Source: Planctomycetota bacterium
GTDB taxonomy: Bacteria; Planctomycetota; Phycisphaerae; UBA1845
NCBI GenBank assembly: GCA_030616775.1
Contig: JAUWWQ010000019.1
Coordinates: forward strand, 1,130 to 65,129
Length of the DNA: 64,000 nucleotides
Direction of reading: 5' to 3'
Shown here: positions 20,517-28,842 of the stretch, piece after piece
Position numbering within the stretch: the first letter of the stretch is position 1
Layout: the number at the start of each line of letters is the position of its first letter
Notes under the pieces: generated by a model
What the model was told of the DNA's origin: nothing
Seen by the model: only the letters and a program-made list of their open reading frames with translations
The model's database searches: none
Position numbers and translations under genes: made by a program

Positions 20517-21092
20517 ATGGAGTCATGCGAGCCGGATACCGGGTATCACGTTGACGACATGACACCGTCGCTGGTTATCCGCCTGCGCGCGGGAGACCCC
20601 GAAGCGGGTGCCCTGTTGGACCAGCTTTATCGTGATGCGTTGGTTCGATGCTGCTGGGGTTATCTAGGGCACATCGAGGAGGCTGAAGACGCCGCTCAGG
20701 ACATCTGTTGCAAGGTGCTCAGCACCGATAACATCCCCGACGCCTTCCGACCTTGGTTATACAAGACCGCCCGGAACCACTGCCTTAATCTCCGCCGGCG
20801 CCGGGCTAGGCGTAAGGACGGCGCGGAACTCCCCTCGGCCTCGCAAGTCCACGAGATACTCACTGGTCACTTGACGAGACTGGTTCGAAGCGAAGAGCGG
20901 TCCCGGCTCAGCGAGCTGGTCGGCAGGCTGCCTGAATCGCAGCGTGAAGTCCTTCGACTGCGTTATGTCGAGGATCTGTCCCGCGCGGAGATTGCCGAAG
21001 TGCTCGACATTCCTGAGTCTCTCGTCAAGTCGCGTCTGTTCGAGGGGCTCAAGCGGCTCCGCGAAGAGGCCTCCGTTATCGACGAGCAGTGA
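20517..21092 (+). CDS. ECF-type RNA polymerase sigma factor (sigma-70 family, group IV)
   Basis: Region 2 is AEDAAQDICCKVL...RPWLYKTARNHCLNLRRRR. Region 4 is LPESQREVLRLRYVEDLSRAEIAEVLDIPESLVKSRLFEGLKRLR. The start is set at the ATG after GCAGGAG (track start is a GTG at 20472). Confidence 0.9.
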   Translation: MESCEPDTGYHVDDMTPSLVIRLRAGDPEAGALLDQLYRDALVRCCWGYLGHIEEAEDAAQDICCKVLSTDNIPDAFRPWLYKTARNHCLNLRRRRARRKDGAELPSASQVHEILTGHLTRLVRSEERSRLSELVGRLPESQREVLRLRYVEDLSRAEIAEVLDIPESLVKSRLFEGLKRLREEASVIDEQ

Positions 21093-21712
21093 CCCACCTA
21101 CCCGTATACGGAGAGGGATAAGCGTCTGGGCCGCCTGTTGAGCACGTGCAATCATGTCCTGTGCGCCGTGCCCGCCAGTATACCGGACCTAGCACGAGAG
21201 GCGCCAGGTGCCGTTGCGGGTGCCGGATACGGGTGTGCTTGTCATATCCCAGCAAGCTCGATGGGCCGGTTGGCGTGCGAAGAGCTGCCCCAACGGATGC
21301 GGCAGGCCGGGACTGTCACCTCACCATGCACGGTAGTAGACGGCTTAACACAACACGAATCGCAGATAGCCGACTGAGCACCGTGATCGCCAAAAAACCA
21401 GATTTTTTTGTCGTGTTCTTAAGGCCGCAATTACGCGCAAACCTGAGGTTTGAACTGCCGCGTGATCATCGCGGTTTGTCTTTGGCAAACGCAAAAAACA
21501 GCGGTTTTCGGCGCGAAAACGCGGTTTTTGTTGCGCGCCTATCCTGGATCCTACTGTGACGACCACCGGGGCAAAGCCACCATGCAGCTCGACGGCCGGC
21601 CGTTGTGCGTCTTGTCGGCAGTTTCAATATCTCAAGAGGCCCCTCGTGCGCTCCGATTAACGCCAACGTCGGGAATGCACGAATAACGTTGTACTTTTTG
21701 GAGATAGTCACA

Positions 21713-22243
21713 ATGACGACGAATGTAAGAGGACGCAGTGGATCCCGCCCGCGCTCAACGTATAGTCGGTCCCCGATGTATACGCCGCGACCGGGACAGG
21801 ACAACTGGGGAAAACCCAGCACACAGGGCCATAGCACCAGAAAGACGAAGAGGGGCAGCACGCCGATCGCCGTCCCTACGGCTTGGAGGAACTGCAGCGA
21901 CAGCTTCGCGAACAAGATCTACTCTTACAGGACCTTGTACAATCAGACGAAGGGACCGGCCAGGTACGGCCGTCCGAGCCCCACAACGCTCAACTCCTTT
22001 GCAAACTGGATCAACAAGGGGGCAATGGTCCACACCGTCACGACAGCCCAGGTAGCACAGTGGGCCAAGGCGGCCAGGAAGAACTTCAACACCCGTACCC
22101 CGACGCCGACCACGTGCAAGAGTGTTCTGTGGGCCAAGTTCGGCAAGAGCACGATTAAGGCCGTCGCCCGCACCAAGACCGGCTCGTTCATGGTGGCCAC
22201 CACGCCCGTGGTAAACGGAAAGCCGTTCTGGTTCCCAAAATAG
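21713..22243 (+). CDS. Hypothetical basic protein (orphan)
   Basis: A GGAGA sits 8 nt upstream of the ATG (MTTNVRGRSG...). The protein is about 176 aa, Lys/Arg/Thr-rich, with an internal SFANKI / SFANWI duplication. It is immediately followed by a strong intrinsic terminator. No recognisable family. Confidence 0.5.
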   Translation: MTTNVRGRSGSRPRSTYSRSPMYTPRPGQDNWGKPSTQGHSTRKTKRGSTPIAVPTAWRNCSDSFANKIYSYRTLYNQTKGPARYGRPSPTTLNSFANWINKGAMVHTVTTAQVAQWAKAARKNFNTRTPTPTTCKSVLWAKFGKSTIKAVARTKTGSFMVATTPVVNGKPFWFPK

Positions 22244-22273
22244 CCTAGATTCTAGGCCAGGGTCTCGAGAAAA

Positions 22274-22305
22274 GGGGCGATCCCAGGTGTGATCGCCCCT
22301 TTTTT
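22274..22305 (+). terminator. Rho-independent terminator
   Basis: A 9-bp GC stem ggggcgatc / gatcgcccc with an 8-nt loop, followed by TTTTTT. It is preceded by AAAA and could be bidirectional. Confidence 0.7.
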
Positions 22306-22560
22306 CGTTACCGCATCCCTTGCCACATCGCCGCACTCCGGCCAACCGTACCCATGCAACTGCTCCTCTGGGAAAACCCCTCCTATTGGGGCATGCGCGC
22401 AACGATATGATGCGCTTCTAAGTCCGCGATGCGGACGACAGCCTGGGTATGCACTACAATATCTACGAGTGGGCGGTCACTATCAAGGAATGTTGATCAG
22501 TGGAGAGGTGGGAGCAACCAGCCTCTTGGACGCCGGAAGCCGACACCGAGGCCCGGGGCG

Positions 22561-25500
22561 ATGCATATAAGACCCGTGAAAGCAAAGCCGGGAGTAGTTG
22601 GATCGGTTTGCGGACTGCCGCAACTCGCCGTGACTCTTGTCATACTGGTCCAGGTGGTCTACGCCCAGAATCCGCCAGAAGCGCTGGAAGTGCGTAGGTC
22701 GCAAGTGACCGGGTATGCCTCATTTGTCACCGCAGTGGGCGGAGGCCCTATTCCCGTGAAGCTCCCGGGGCGTCGGGTCCAGCCAGGGCCGGTCAACTTC
22801 CTGGAACAGCACGGGCACCTGTTCGGGATAACCGATCCGGTTAGGCAGTTGGCCGCCGCAAAAACCCGGACAGATCTGATCGGGCACACGCATACGACCT
22901 ATAAACAGGTTCACGACGGTCTGCCGGTTTTCTCAGGAATACTGAAGGTCCATCAGGATGCTCAAGGAACGATCGTCGCCGCTAACGGCGATTTCTATCC
23001 AGTCAAGCCTACCCTCAATACCGTTCCGACACTTGAACTCGACGGGGCCATAGCACAGGCGATGGCCGAAATCACGGTCGGCACTCCTTCCGTCGAGCAG
23101 TCGGAATTGGTGATCGTCGACCCTGGCTGGTACGGTGATCCGCCCCTCGGTGAGCACCTTGCGTATTACCTTGTGCTGACCGATCTGACGGTGCCGCTTC
23201 GGGACGGGTTTTTCGTCGATGCCCATACAGGGGGGATCCTTGATCGCTGGTCCATGATTTGCGACGCGAAGGTACGATCCATTCACGATGCCGAGGGTGA
23301 CAGCAACTGCTGTTTTGCAAATGGCTCCACCGGCTGCGATGAGCCTTCCTGCGAGCAGGCGGTCTGTGACGTTGATTTGTCTTGTTGCGACGAAGAATGG
23401 GACAGAATCTGCGCGATCAGAGCAGCCCAGTATTGCGACAGCCTCTGCTTACCCGGCCCGCTTGCTCGCAGTGAAGGGAACCCGCCGACGGGGGTACCCG
23501 ACGTCGATGCCGCCTACGACTACTATGGTGACACCTACGACTACTTTTTCCGTGCGTTTGGCCGCGATGGTATCGATGACGCGGGCATGGCAATGGTCGC
23601 GACGGTCAACTCCCCGGCACCCGGCTGCCCGAATGCCTTTTGGAGCAGTTCACGGCAACAGATGGTCTTTTGTCCCGGGACAGTGACCGACGACATTGTC
23701 GCACACGAGCTTTCTCACGGCATGACCGAGTTTACGGCAAACCTGATATACCAGAACCAATCCGGTCAGCTAAACGAGTCCTTCTCGGACGTTTTTGGTG
23801 AGTTGATCGACCTGTTTAACGGCGAGGTTGCATTCGCCGGGCCGCCGGGCGGAGCACCCTGGCCCGGGCACCCGACGGGACCCGGTCAGGACACGCCGAA
23901 CAATCCACGCACAACCTGCAGCGACAGCGAGGGCGGCTACCCCGACGGCGTCCGCTGGCTGATCGGCGAGGACGCCGCGGTGTTTGGCGGGGCGATCCGC
24001 GACATGTGGGATCCGCCGTGTTTCGGCGATCCCGATCGCGCCAACAGCCCGCTTCAGACCTGCAGCATCCTCGATTCGGGTGGCGTCCACAGCGGCAGCG
24101 GAATCCCCAACCATGCCTTCGCCCTGCTCACCGACGGTGGCAACTTTAACGGGTATACCGTCAGCGGGATCGGTCCGATCAAGGCCGGGGCTGTATGGTA
24201 CCGCGCCTTGACCACGTACCTCACGATTGCCTCCGACTTTGTCGAAGCCTACGCCGCGCTAAACCAGTCTGCTATCGATCTGGTCGGCATCTTTCCCAAC
24301 GATCCCCGCACCGGCGCACCGTCGACTGACATGTTCACATCTGCGGATGCTGTCGATGTCGAGACGGCGCTACTGGCAGTGGAAATGGACACGTCTGGCC
24401 GCTGTGGATGGACGGTTCACGTGCTCAGCTCCGATCCGCCGGGCCGGTGTGCGATGGCCACCGTCGTTTTCGAGGACGATTTCGAGAGTGGCACCAACGG
24501 ATGGACGGTGTCCAACTCCTGCCCACCGACGCCCTATAACTGGGTGCAAACCAGCGCATTGCCGTTCGGGCGGGACGGGATGGCGTGGTTCTGCGAGAAC
24601 AGCAACCTCGGTGACTGCGACAGCCAGGACGAGTCCGCCCGCCACTCCTTGTTCAGTCCGCCTATTACTCTCCCCACGGACGCGGACTTTCCCTACGTTT
24701 CCTTCAGGCATTATATGGAGTCTGAGCCGGGATACGACGGCGGCAACCTGAGTGTGCGCGTCAACGGCGGCGAGTGGCAGGCGGTTGCCAGAACCGCGTT
24801 TGAGTTCAATCCATATAACTCGATCCTTCGATCAGCCTCCTCTTACGAGAACACCAACCCGCTGGCCGGACAGCAAGCCTGGACAGGGATAGGCGGACGG
24901 TGGGGCACCTCAGTGGTTGATCTGAGCAGCTTTGCGGACGGTGGCGACACTGTCGAGATCCGCTTTGACTTCGGCAAAGACGGCTGTACCGGGTTTACGG
25001 GTTGGTATGTCGACGACTTCGTCGTGTATACCTGTCCGGACTGTAACTTCAACGGGGATCCGGACCATCACGAGTTTGTTTTCATCGCGGTCTCCGAACC
25101 GCTCCAGAGTACCGAACCGTACTTCGGCTACAGATTCAGGCTTGGATTGCCGCCGCCCGCAGCGGGCGATGTCACGCTTACATTTGCGAGTATCGGCGAC
25201 TTCAGTAGCGAGACCGAGTATCTGCATGTGGACATTAAAGGAACTCCGGTCGGCGAGGTATTCAAGCTTGGTGGAAGCGACTGTCCGGCGACACCGAGCA
25301 GCGATACGATCGTGGTTCCGGCTTCTGTCTATAACGCTGCGGTAGGAGACGGTAACGCCTGGATCAACCTGAGGTGGACCGGGAATGTGAACCTGAATCT
25401 GTGCCGTGACGGATTCTATATCACGGTCTTTGTGCAATACGAACTCGATCCGATGGACGCCGACAACAATGGTGTTCCTGACGAGTGTGAAGGGTGCATC

Positions 25501-26145
25501 CCGGCCGACGCCCCCACATTTGCACCAGGTGCCGCAGCGAAAAACCGTTACATTTCATTCGTGCCTGGCAACCCCGCACGGTTTACGGCGCTTCGGGTGA
25601 CCCTCGTGGACCTGCCGTCAGCATTTGAAGCCCTGGAAGGCACACAGATGTGGGTGGGTGCACCCTCGATCATAAGCGAGATTGCCGATCGGCTGGATGA
25701 AGAGCCGCCGGTCTTTACCGGTGCCCGACTTGCCTGTGAGCCGGTGTTTCTTGATTGGAGCACGCTGGGCACGGTTCACGTGTTCGATGACGAGATCGTT
25801 CCCGGTGCGGTCTACGCAGTGCAGGCCATCGACCTGGCCTGTGGCCAGTCGGCTGAAGCGTACTACTCAACACTGGTTACACTAATGACAAGCCGGTGGG
25901 GTGATTTGGTCGGTCGGTGTTACGTAACGCCATGCACACCGCCTGACGGGACGGTAGACATGATCAGCGACGTTACTGCGGTGCTCGACAAGTTCAAGAA
26001 CCTTCCAGGTGCCCCCACAAAATCGCGGGCCGATCTGGCCGGCGCGGTGCCGAACGCGATTGTCGACATGGCCGATGTTGCACTCGTCCTTGACGCATTC
26101 CGCGGTTTTGCCTATCCCTTCGGAAGCCCCGAGGGATGTCCGTGA
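22561..26145 (+). CDS. Secreted M4 (thermolysin-like) zinc metalloprotease with long C-terminal extension
   Basis: The signal peptide follows MHIRPVKAKPG... An FTP/PepSY-like propeptide is present. The catalytic motifs are VAHELSHGMTE (HExxH) and LNESFSDVFGE (third zinc ligand). A Cys-rich insert and a C-terminal pair of dockerin-like segments are also present. The start was moved to the internal ATG at 22561. Confidence 0.85.
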   Translation: MHIRPVKAKPGVVGSVCGLPQLAVTLVILVQVVYAQNPPEALEVRRSQVTGYASFVTAVGGGPIPVKLPGRRVQPGPVNFLEQHGHLFGITDPVRQLAAAKTRTDLIGHTHTTYKQVHDGLPVFSGILKVHQDAQGTIVAANGDFYPVKPTLNTVPTLELDGAIAQAMAEITVGTPSVEQSELVIVDPGWYGDPPLGEHLAYYLVLTDLTVPLRDGFFVDAHTGGILDRWSMICDAKVRSIHDAEGDSNCCFANGSTGCDEPSCEQAVCDVDLSCCDEEWDRICAIRAAQYCDSLCLPGPLARSEGNPPTGVPDVDAAYDYYGDTYDYFFRAFGRDGIDDAGMAMVATVNSPAPGCPNAFWSSSRQQMVFCPGTVTDDIVAHELSHGMTEFTANLIYQNQSGQLNESFSDVFGELIDLFNGEVAFAGPPGGAPWPGHPTGPGQDTPNNPRTTCSDSEGGYPDGVRWLIGEDAAVFGGAIRDMWDPPCFGDPDRANSPLQTCSILDSGGVHSGSGIPNHAFALLTDGGNFNGYTVSGIGPIKAGAVWYRALTTYLTIASDFVEAYAALNQSAIDLVGIFPNDPRTGAPSTDMFTSADAVDVETALLAVEMDTSGRCGWTVHVLSSDPPGRCAMATVVFEDDFESGTNGWTVSNSCPPTPYNWVQTSALPFGRDGMAWFCENSNLGDCDSQDESARHSLFSPPITLPTDADFPYVSFRHYMESEPGYDGGNLSVRVNGGEWQAVARTAFEFNPYNSILRSASSYENTNPLAGQQAWTGIGGRWGTSVVDLSSFADGGDTVEIRFDFGKDGCTGFTGWYVDDFVVYTCPDCNFNGDPDHHEFVFIAVSEPLQSTEPYFGYRFRLGLPPPAAGDVTLTFASIGDFSSETEYLHVDIKGTPVGEVFKLGGSDCPATPSSDTIVVPASVYNAAVGDGNAWINLRWTGNVNLNLCRDGFYITVFVQYELDPMDADNNGVPDECEGCIPADAPTFAPGAAAKNRYISFVPGNPARFTALRVTLVDLPSAFEALEGTQMWVGAPSIISEIADRLDEEPPVFTGARLACEPVFLDWSTLGTVHVFDDEIVPGAVYAVQAIDLACGQSAEAYYSTLVTLMTSRWGDLVGRCYVTPCTPPDGTVDMISDVTAVLDKFKNLPGAPTKSRADLAGAVPNAIVDMADVALVLDAFRGFAYPFGSPEGCP

Positions 26146-26293
26146 TCGCGGATTTCATCCCGTGCTGGAGGCAAGCTCACCGTATCAGACGCTCCGCTCT
26201 GCGAGCACGTCGGCGATCCTGTTTCCATTAGCGGTGACATGGCTGCGGTAGGAAACCATTTCGACGATGCAAGTTGTGGTTCGGCCTACGTCT

Positions 26294-27175
26294 TCAGCAT
26301 CGAATGCGAGCAATTGGACATCGCCTCCGTCTGAGCACTACCGTCCCCGCTGCCAGGACGAGCAGCGTCATTGCTACCATGCCCCACTCGGAGACGGTCG
26401 GAATGTCGGGCTCGGGAAACGGCCAGCCCGTGACGGCGGTCTGATGGACTTCGGCCGGGGCCGGACCGGGATCCTGAGCCCACACGATGATCTTGATATT
26501 GTCACGGTTTGCCCAGCTCTCATTATCGAACGTCATGGTTCTCTGGACGGACCGGCAGGTGCTAGGTGCTAGCACAATGCTCTGCGTCTCTGCCGCCTGC
26601 TTGAACCCATTACGGGACCACGCCGCTGCCTCGGCCGGCCAGTGGTCCAGAACCTGAACCACGTATACGTCCAGCGGTTTGGCTACGCCACCCGCCTCCA
26701 TGCAAACGTCGGCACGTATCTGATAGACCTGATCGCCAACCGGCTCACCGGCCACATCGATGGTCACATCGGTGGGAAGAGCATAACGCGTGGTGTAAAG
26801 CTCTTCGTACCAGGCATACTGCTGGTCGATGTCGTCGTAGTTTCCCGCGGCCTCCCCAAGGCCGTCGAACCAGGCTTCCGGCGTCCCCTGCTCGTCGTAG
26901 AACAACGCCCCTCTGTCGTCCCCCCAAGCGGTCGTATAATCGTCGCGGAGGTGGATTTGCACGGCAGTAAACGTGGTTGGGTAGGCGTCCAATAGCAAGT
27001 CTAACGCGTGACCCGCGTAGTAGCAGTCCGGTCACCAAGAGGTACAGAACTGCTCGCACAGCACCACTCGATCGGCCCCATGGGTGGCTGCGGGAACGGC
27101 GGCGGAGCAGGCCCAGGCAGCGAGCATAACTTGCGCGCATATTCCCCCCCGAACACGCTGAATGTTCCTCTTCAT
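26294..27175 (-). CDS. Thioredoxin-fold secreted protein with IPTL-CTERM tail; in-frame TGA (27032..27034) at the CxxC active-site position (candidate selenocysteine)
   Basis: A GGAGGAG sits 7 nt before the ATG at 27175. The signal peptide is MKRNIQRVRGGICAQVMLAAWACSAAVPA. The sequence then reads VVLCEQFCTSW-TGA-PDCYYAGHALDLLLDAYP and continues in frame into track ORF 26294..26998. The C-terminus is IPTVSEWGMVAMTLLVLAAGTVVLRRRR. Confidence 0.6.
27004..27018 (-). promoter_or_regulatory. Candidate bacterial SECIS-like hairpin
   Basis: The RNA reads UGA-N13-ACGCG-GGUCA-CGCGU, a 5-bp GC stem extendable with a bulge. The loop contains GGUC, as in the E. coli fdhF SECIS apical loop. The loop starts about 18 nt after the UGA. 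Confidence 0.4.
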
Positions 27176-27976
27176 CTTCAAGCTCCTCCACAGGTTGTTG
27201 AGAGCCTGCCTTCCCTCGCCTGCTAAAGGCATCCGTCCGGGGCGTCGAATGGATAAGGCAGGCCGCGGAACGCATCCACGGTCGCTGAGATGTCATCCGG
27301 GATTCCCCAGTCATCCAACCTCAAAACGCCATCGTACCCCAGGCGAGCTGCCTGATTCAAGCGAGAGCGACCTCTGCCGCCGTGAATGGGTCCGTGATAG
27401 TCTACGCGGCTTCAACGCCGTACGCTGTTACAGCCTGAAAGGCTGACCTAGAGTAGCCGTGGGCAAGTCCGGCCGAGGCCGGACGCCGCCCACGGTAACT
27501 CCAACACCCGTTCCATTCGACCCTGTAGGGGTCGCATATACGTCCCGTCGCACACGCAGCAGAGAATAGACGACCCTTTCAGGGTCGGGCGGTTCGGTGG
27601 CCGCACCATCCGGGGGCGGCGCTACGCTTGCCCCCGGCTATTACAGAGCAGGCCTTCAGCCTGCGACCCCACCCGCCGATTCTGTCACGGACCCGCCGTG
27701 AATCACGGCCATTTGTCCGCTCCATGGGGCCAATCCTGCCCCTGACGCCTCTGGGACAACCATTCCGGCCCGTTTCCGCGCAGCCTCGTCTGCCGACCCG
27801 TATCAGACACTTCCCAATCCGGTGGTCGCTTGAAGCCAAAACCTCCGATTCGGCGAGCCAGCGTTGTTGTCAGTTGCAGGCGACTGCACGCCGCCGCCTG
27901 AGCACCACCGTCCCCTGTGCCTCCTGAAAACTCCATCCGGGTTGAGCGGGTGGGATTCTATCTCCGGATTCTCTGC

Positions 27977-28005
27977 TTGACACTAGCGGAGACAGCACCG
28001 ATACT
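27977..28005 (+). promoter_or_regulatory. Sigma-70-type promoter of cspA-family gene
   Basis: TTGACA-N17-GATACT lies about 100 nt upstream of the ATG. A long 5' UTR is typical of cold-shock genes. Confidence 0.45.
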
Positions 28006-28107
28006 GCCCGGTAGAAGCACACCGCTGAAGCAGTACGAGTACTCTAGGAAGCAAGTGTTTGTTTCAACTCGGCTAGACTCCACTGTGCAAGAGAAGAGGT
28101 TGTAGCT

Positions 28108-28311
28108 ATGCAGGGAACCGTGAAGTGGTTCAATGGCACCAAGGGTTTCGGATTCATCAGTCCCGACGATGGGAGCGAAGATGTGTTCGTGCACCACTCG
28201 GCCATCGAAGGCACCGGCTTTAAGTCACTCCAGGAGAGCGACAAGGTCGATTTCGAGAAAACCCGAGGGGACAAGGGACCCAAGGCGGAGAACGTTCGAC
28301 AGGTTGAGTAG
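28108..28311 (+). CDS. cspA: Cold-shock protein (CspA family)
   Basis: 67 aa. [31 protein letters not shown] contains the RNP1 and RNP2 motifs. Confidence 0.95.
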   Translation: MQGTVKWFNGTKGFGFISPDDGSEDVFVHHSAIEGTGFKSLQESDKVDFEKTRGDKGPKAENVRQVE

Positions 28312-28343
28312 ACCGGGCTCCAGAGTCAACGGTTGAGTCTTGT

Positions 28344-28381
28344 ACGGCCAGCATCTTTAGGGGTGCTGGCCGTTCTCTTTT
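28344..28381 (+). terminator. Rho-independent terminator after csp
   Basis: A stem of about 10-12 bp, acggccagcatc / ggtgctggccgt, followed by TCTCTTTT. Confidence 0.7.
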
Positions 28382-28842
28382 GCATGTTCGCCGCTCAATG
28401 ACTCGGCCACCATTAGGGGCCCAGGGGAGGTCAAGCTGCCCCGAGCGGAGGCGCCTCGAATGCAACATAAGCCCCGAGTATTGGGCTGGCTGCCGACCGG
28501 TGTTCTTTCAAACCCGAAGTTCCGCCACACGCCAACCAGCCCGGCTCGGGGAGGATCGTGGCCGGACGTAACCCGTTGTCAGAGCGGCACTTACGGCGAT
28601 TGACAAGGCCCTCGGTACGGCCGAGGCCACCCACAAGGCCGGTGGCGGGTGGGTGACACGGAGGCTCCCGGTGGTACGCTACCCACCGTGGACCTATCCC
28701 GCGTAGCCAAGCTGATCAGGAGTCTTGAGCGTGACCCCGAGCGGGTTCAGACCTACTACGGCGAGCTTGAGGCCGCGATCCGGTGGCTGATGGACGCGAC
28801 CTTCGAGGCGACCGATCCGAACGAGAAGGCTATTGGTGCGGG

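Noticed and set aside
14329-27034. The idea that the two in-frame TGAs mean this organism reads TGA as a sense codon genome-wide (code 4/25-like).
   Set aside because: Several well-defined genes in the window terminate naturally on TGA at the expected protein end (rbfA, the ECF sigma, the M4 protease, and the FHA-PP2C C-terminus region). The high GC content is also unlike known TGA-reassigned lineages.
27457-27495. The string gggcaagtccggccgagg resembled the RNase P RNA GGAAAGUCCGG motif.
   Set aside because: Only a short partial match is present, inside a simple nested hairpin. None of the other conserved RNase P helices or motifs lie nearby.
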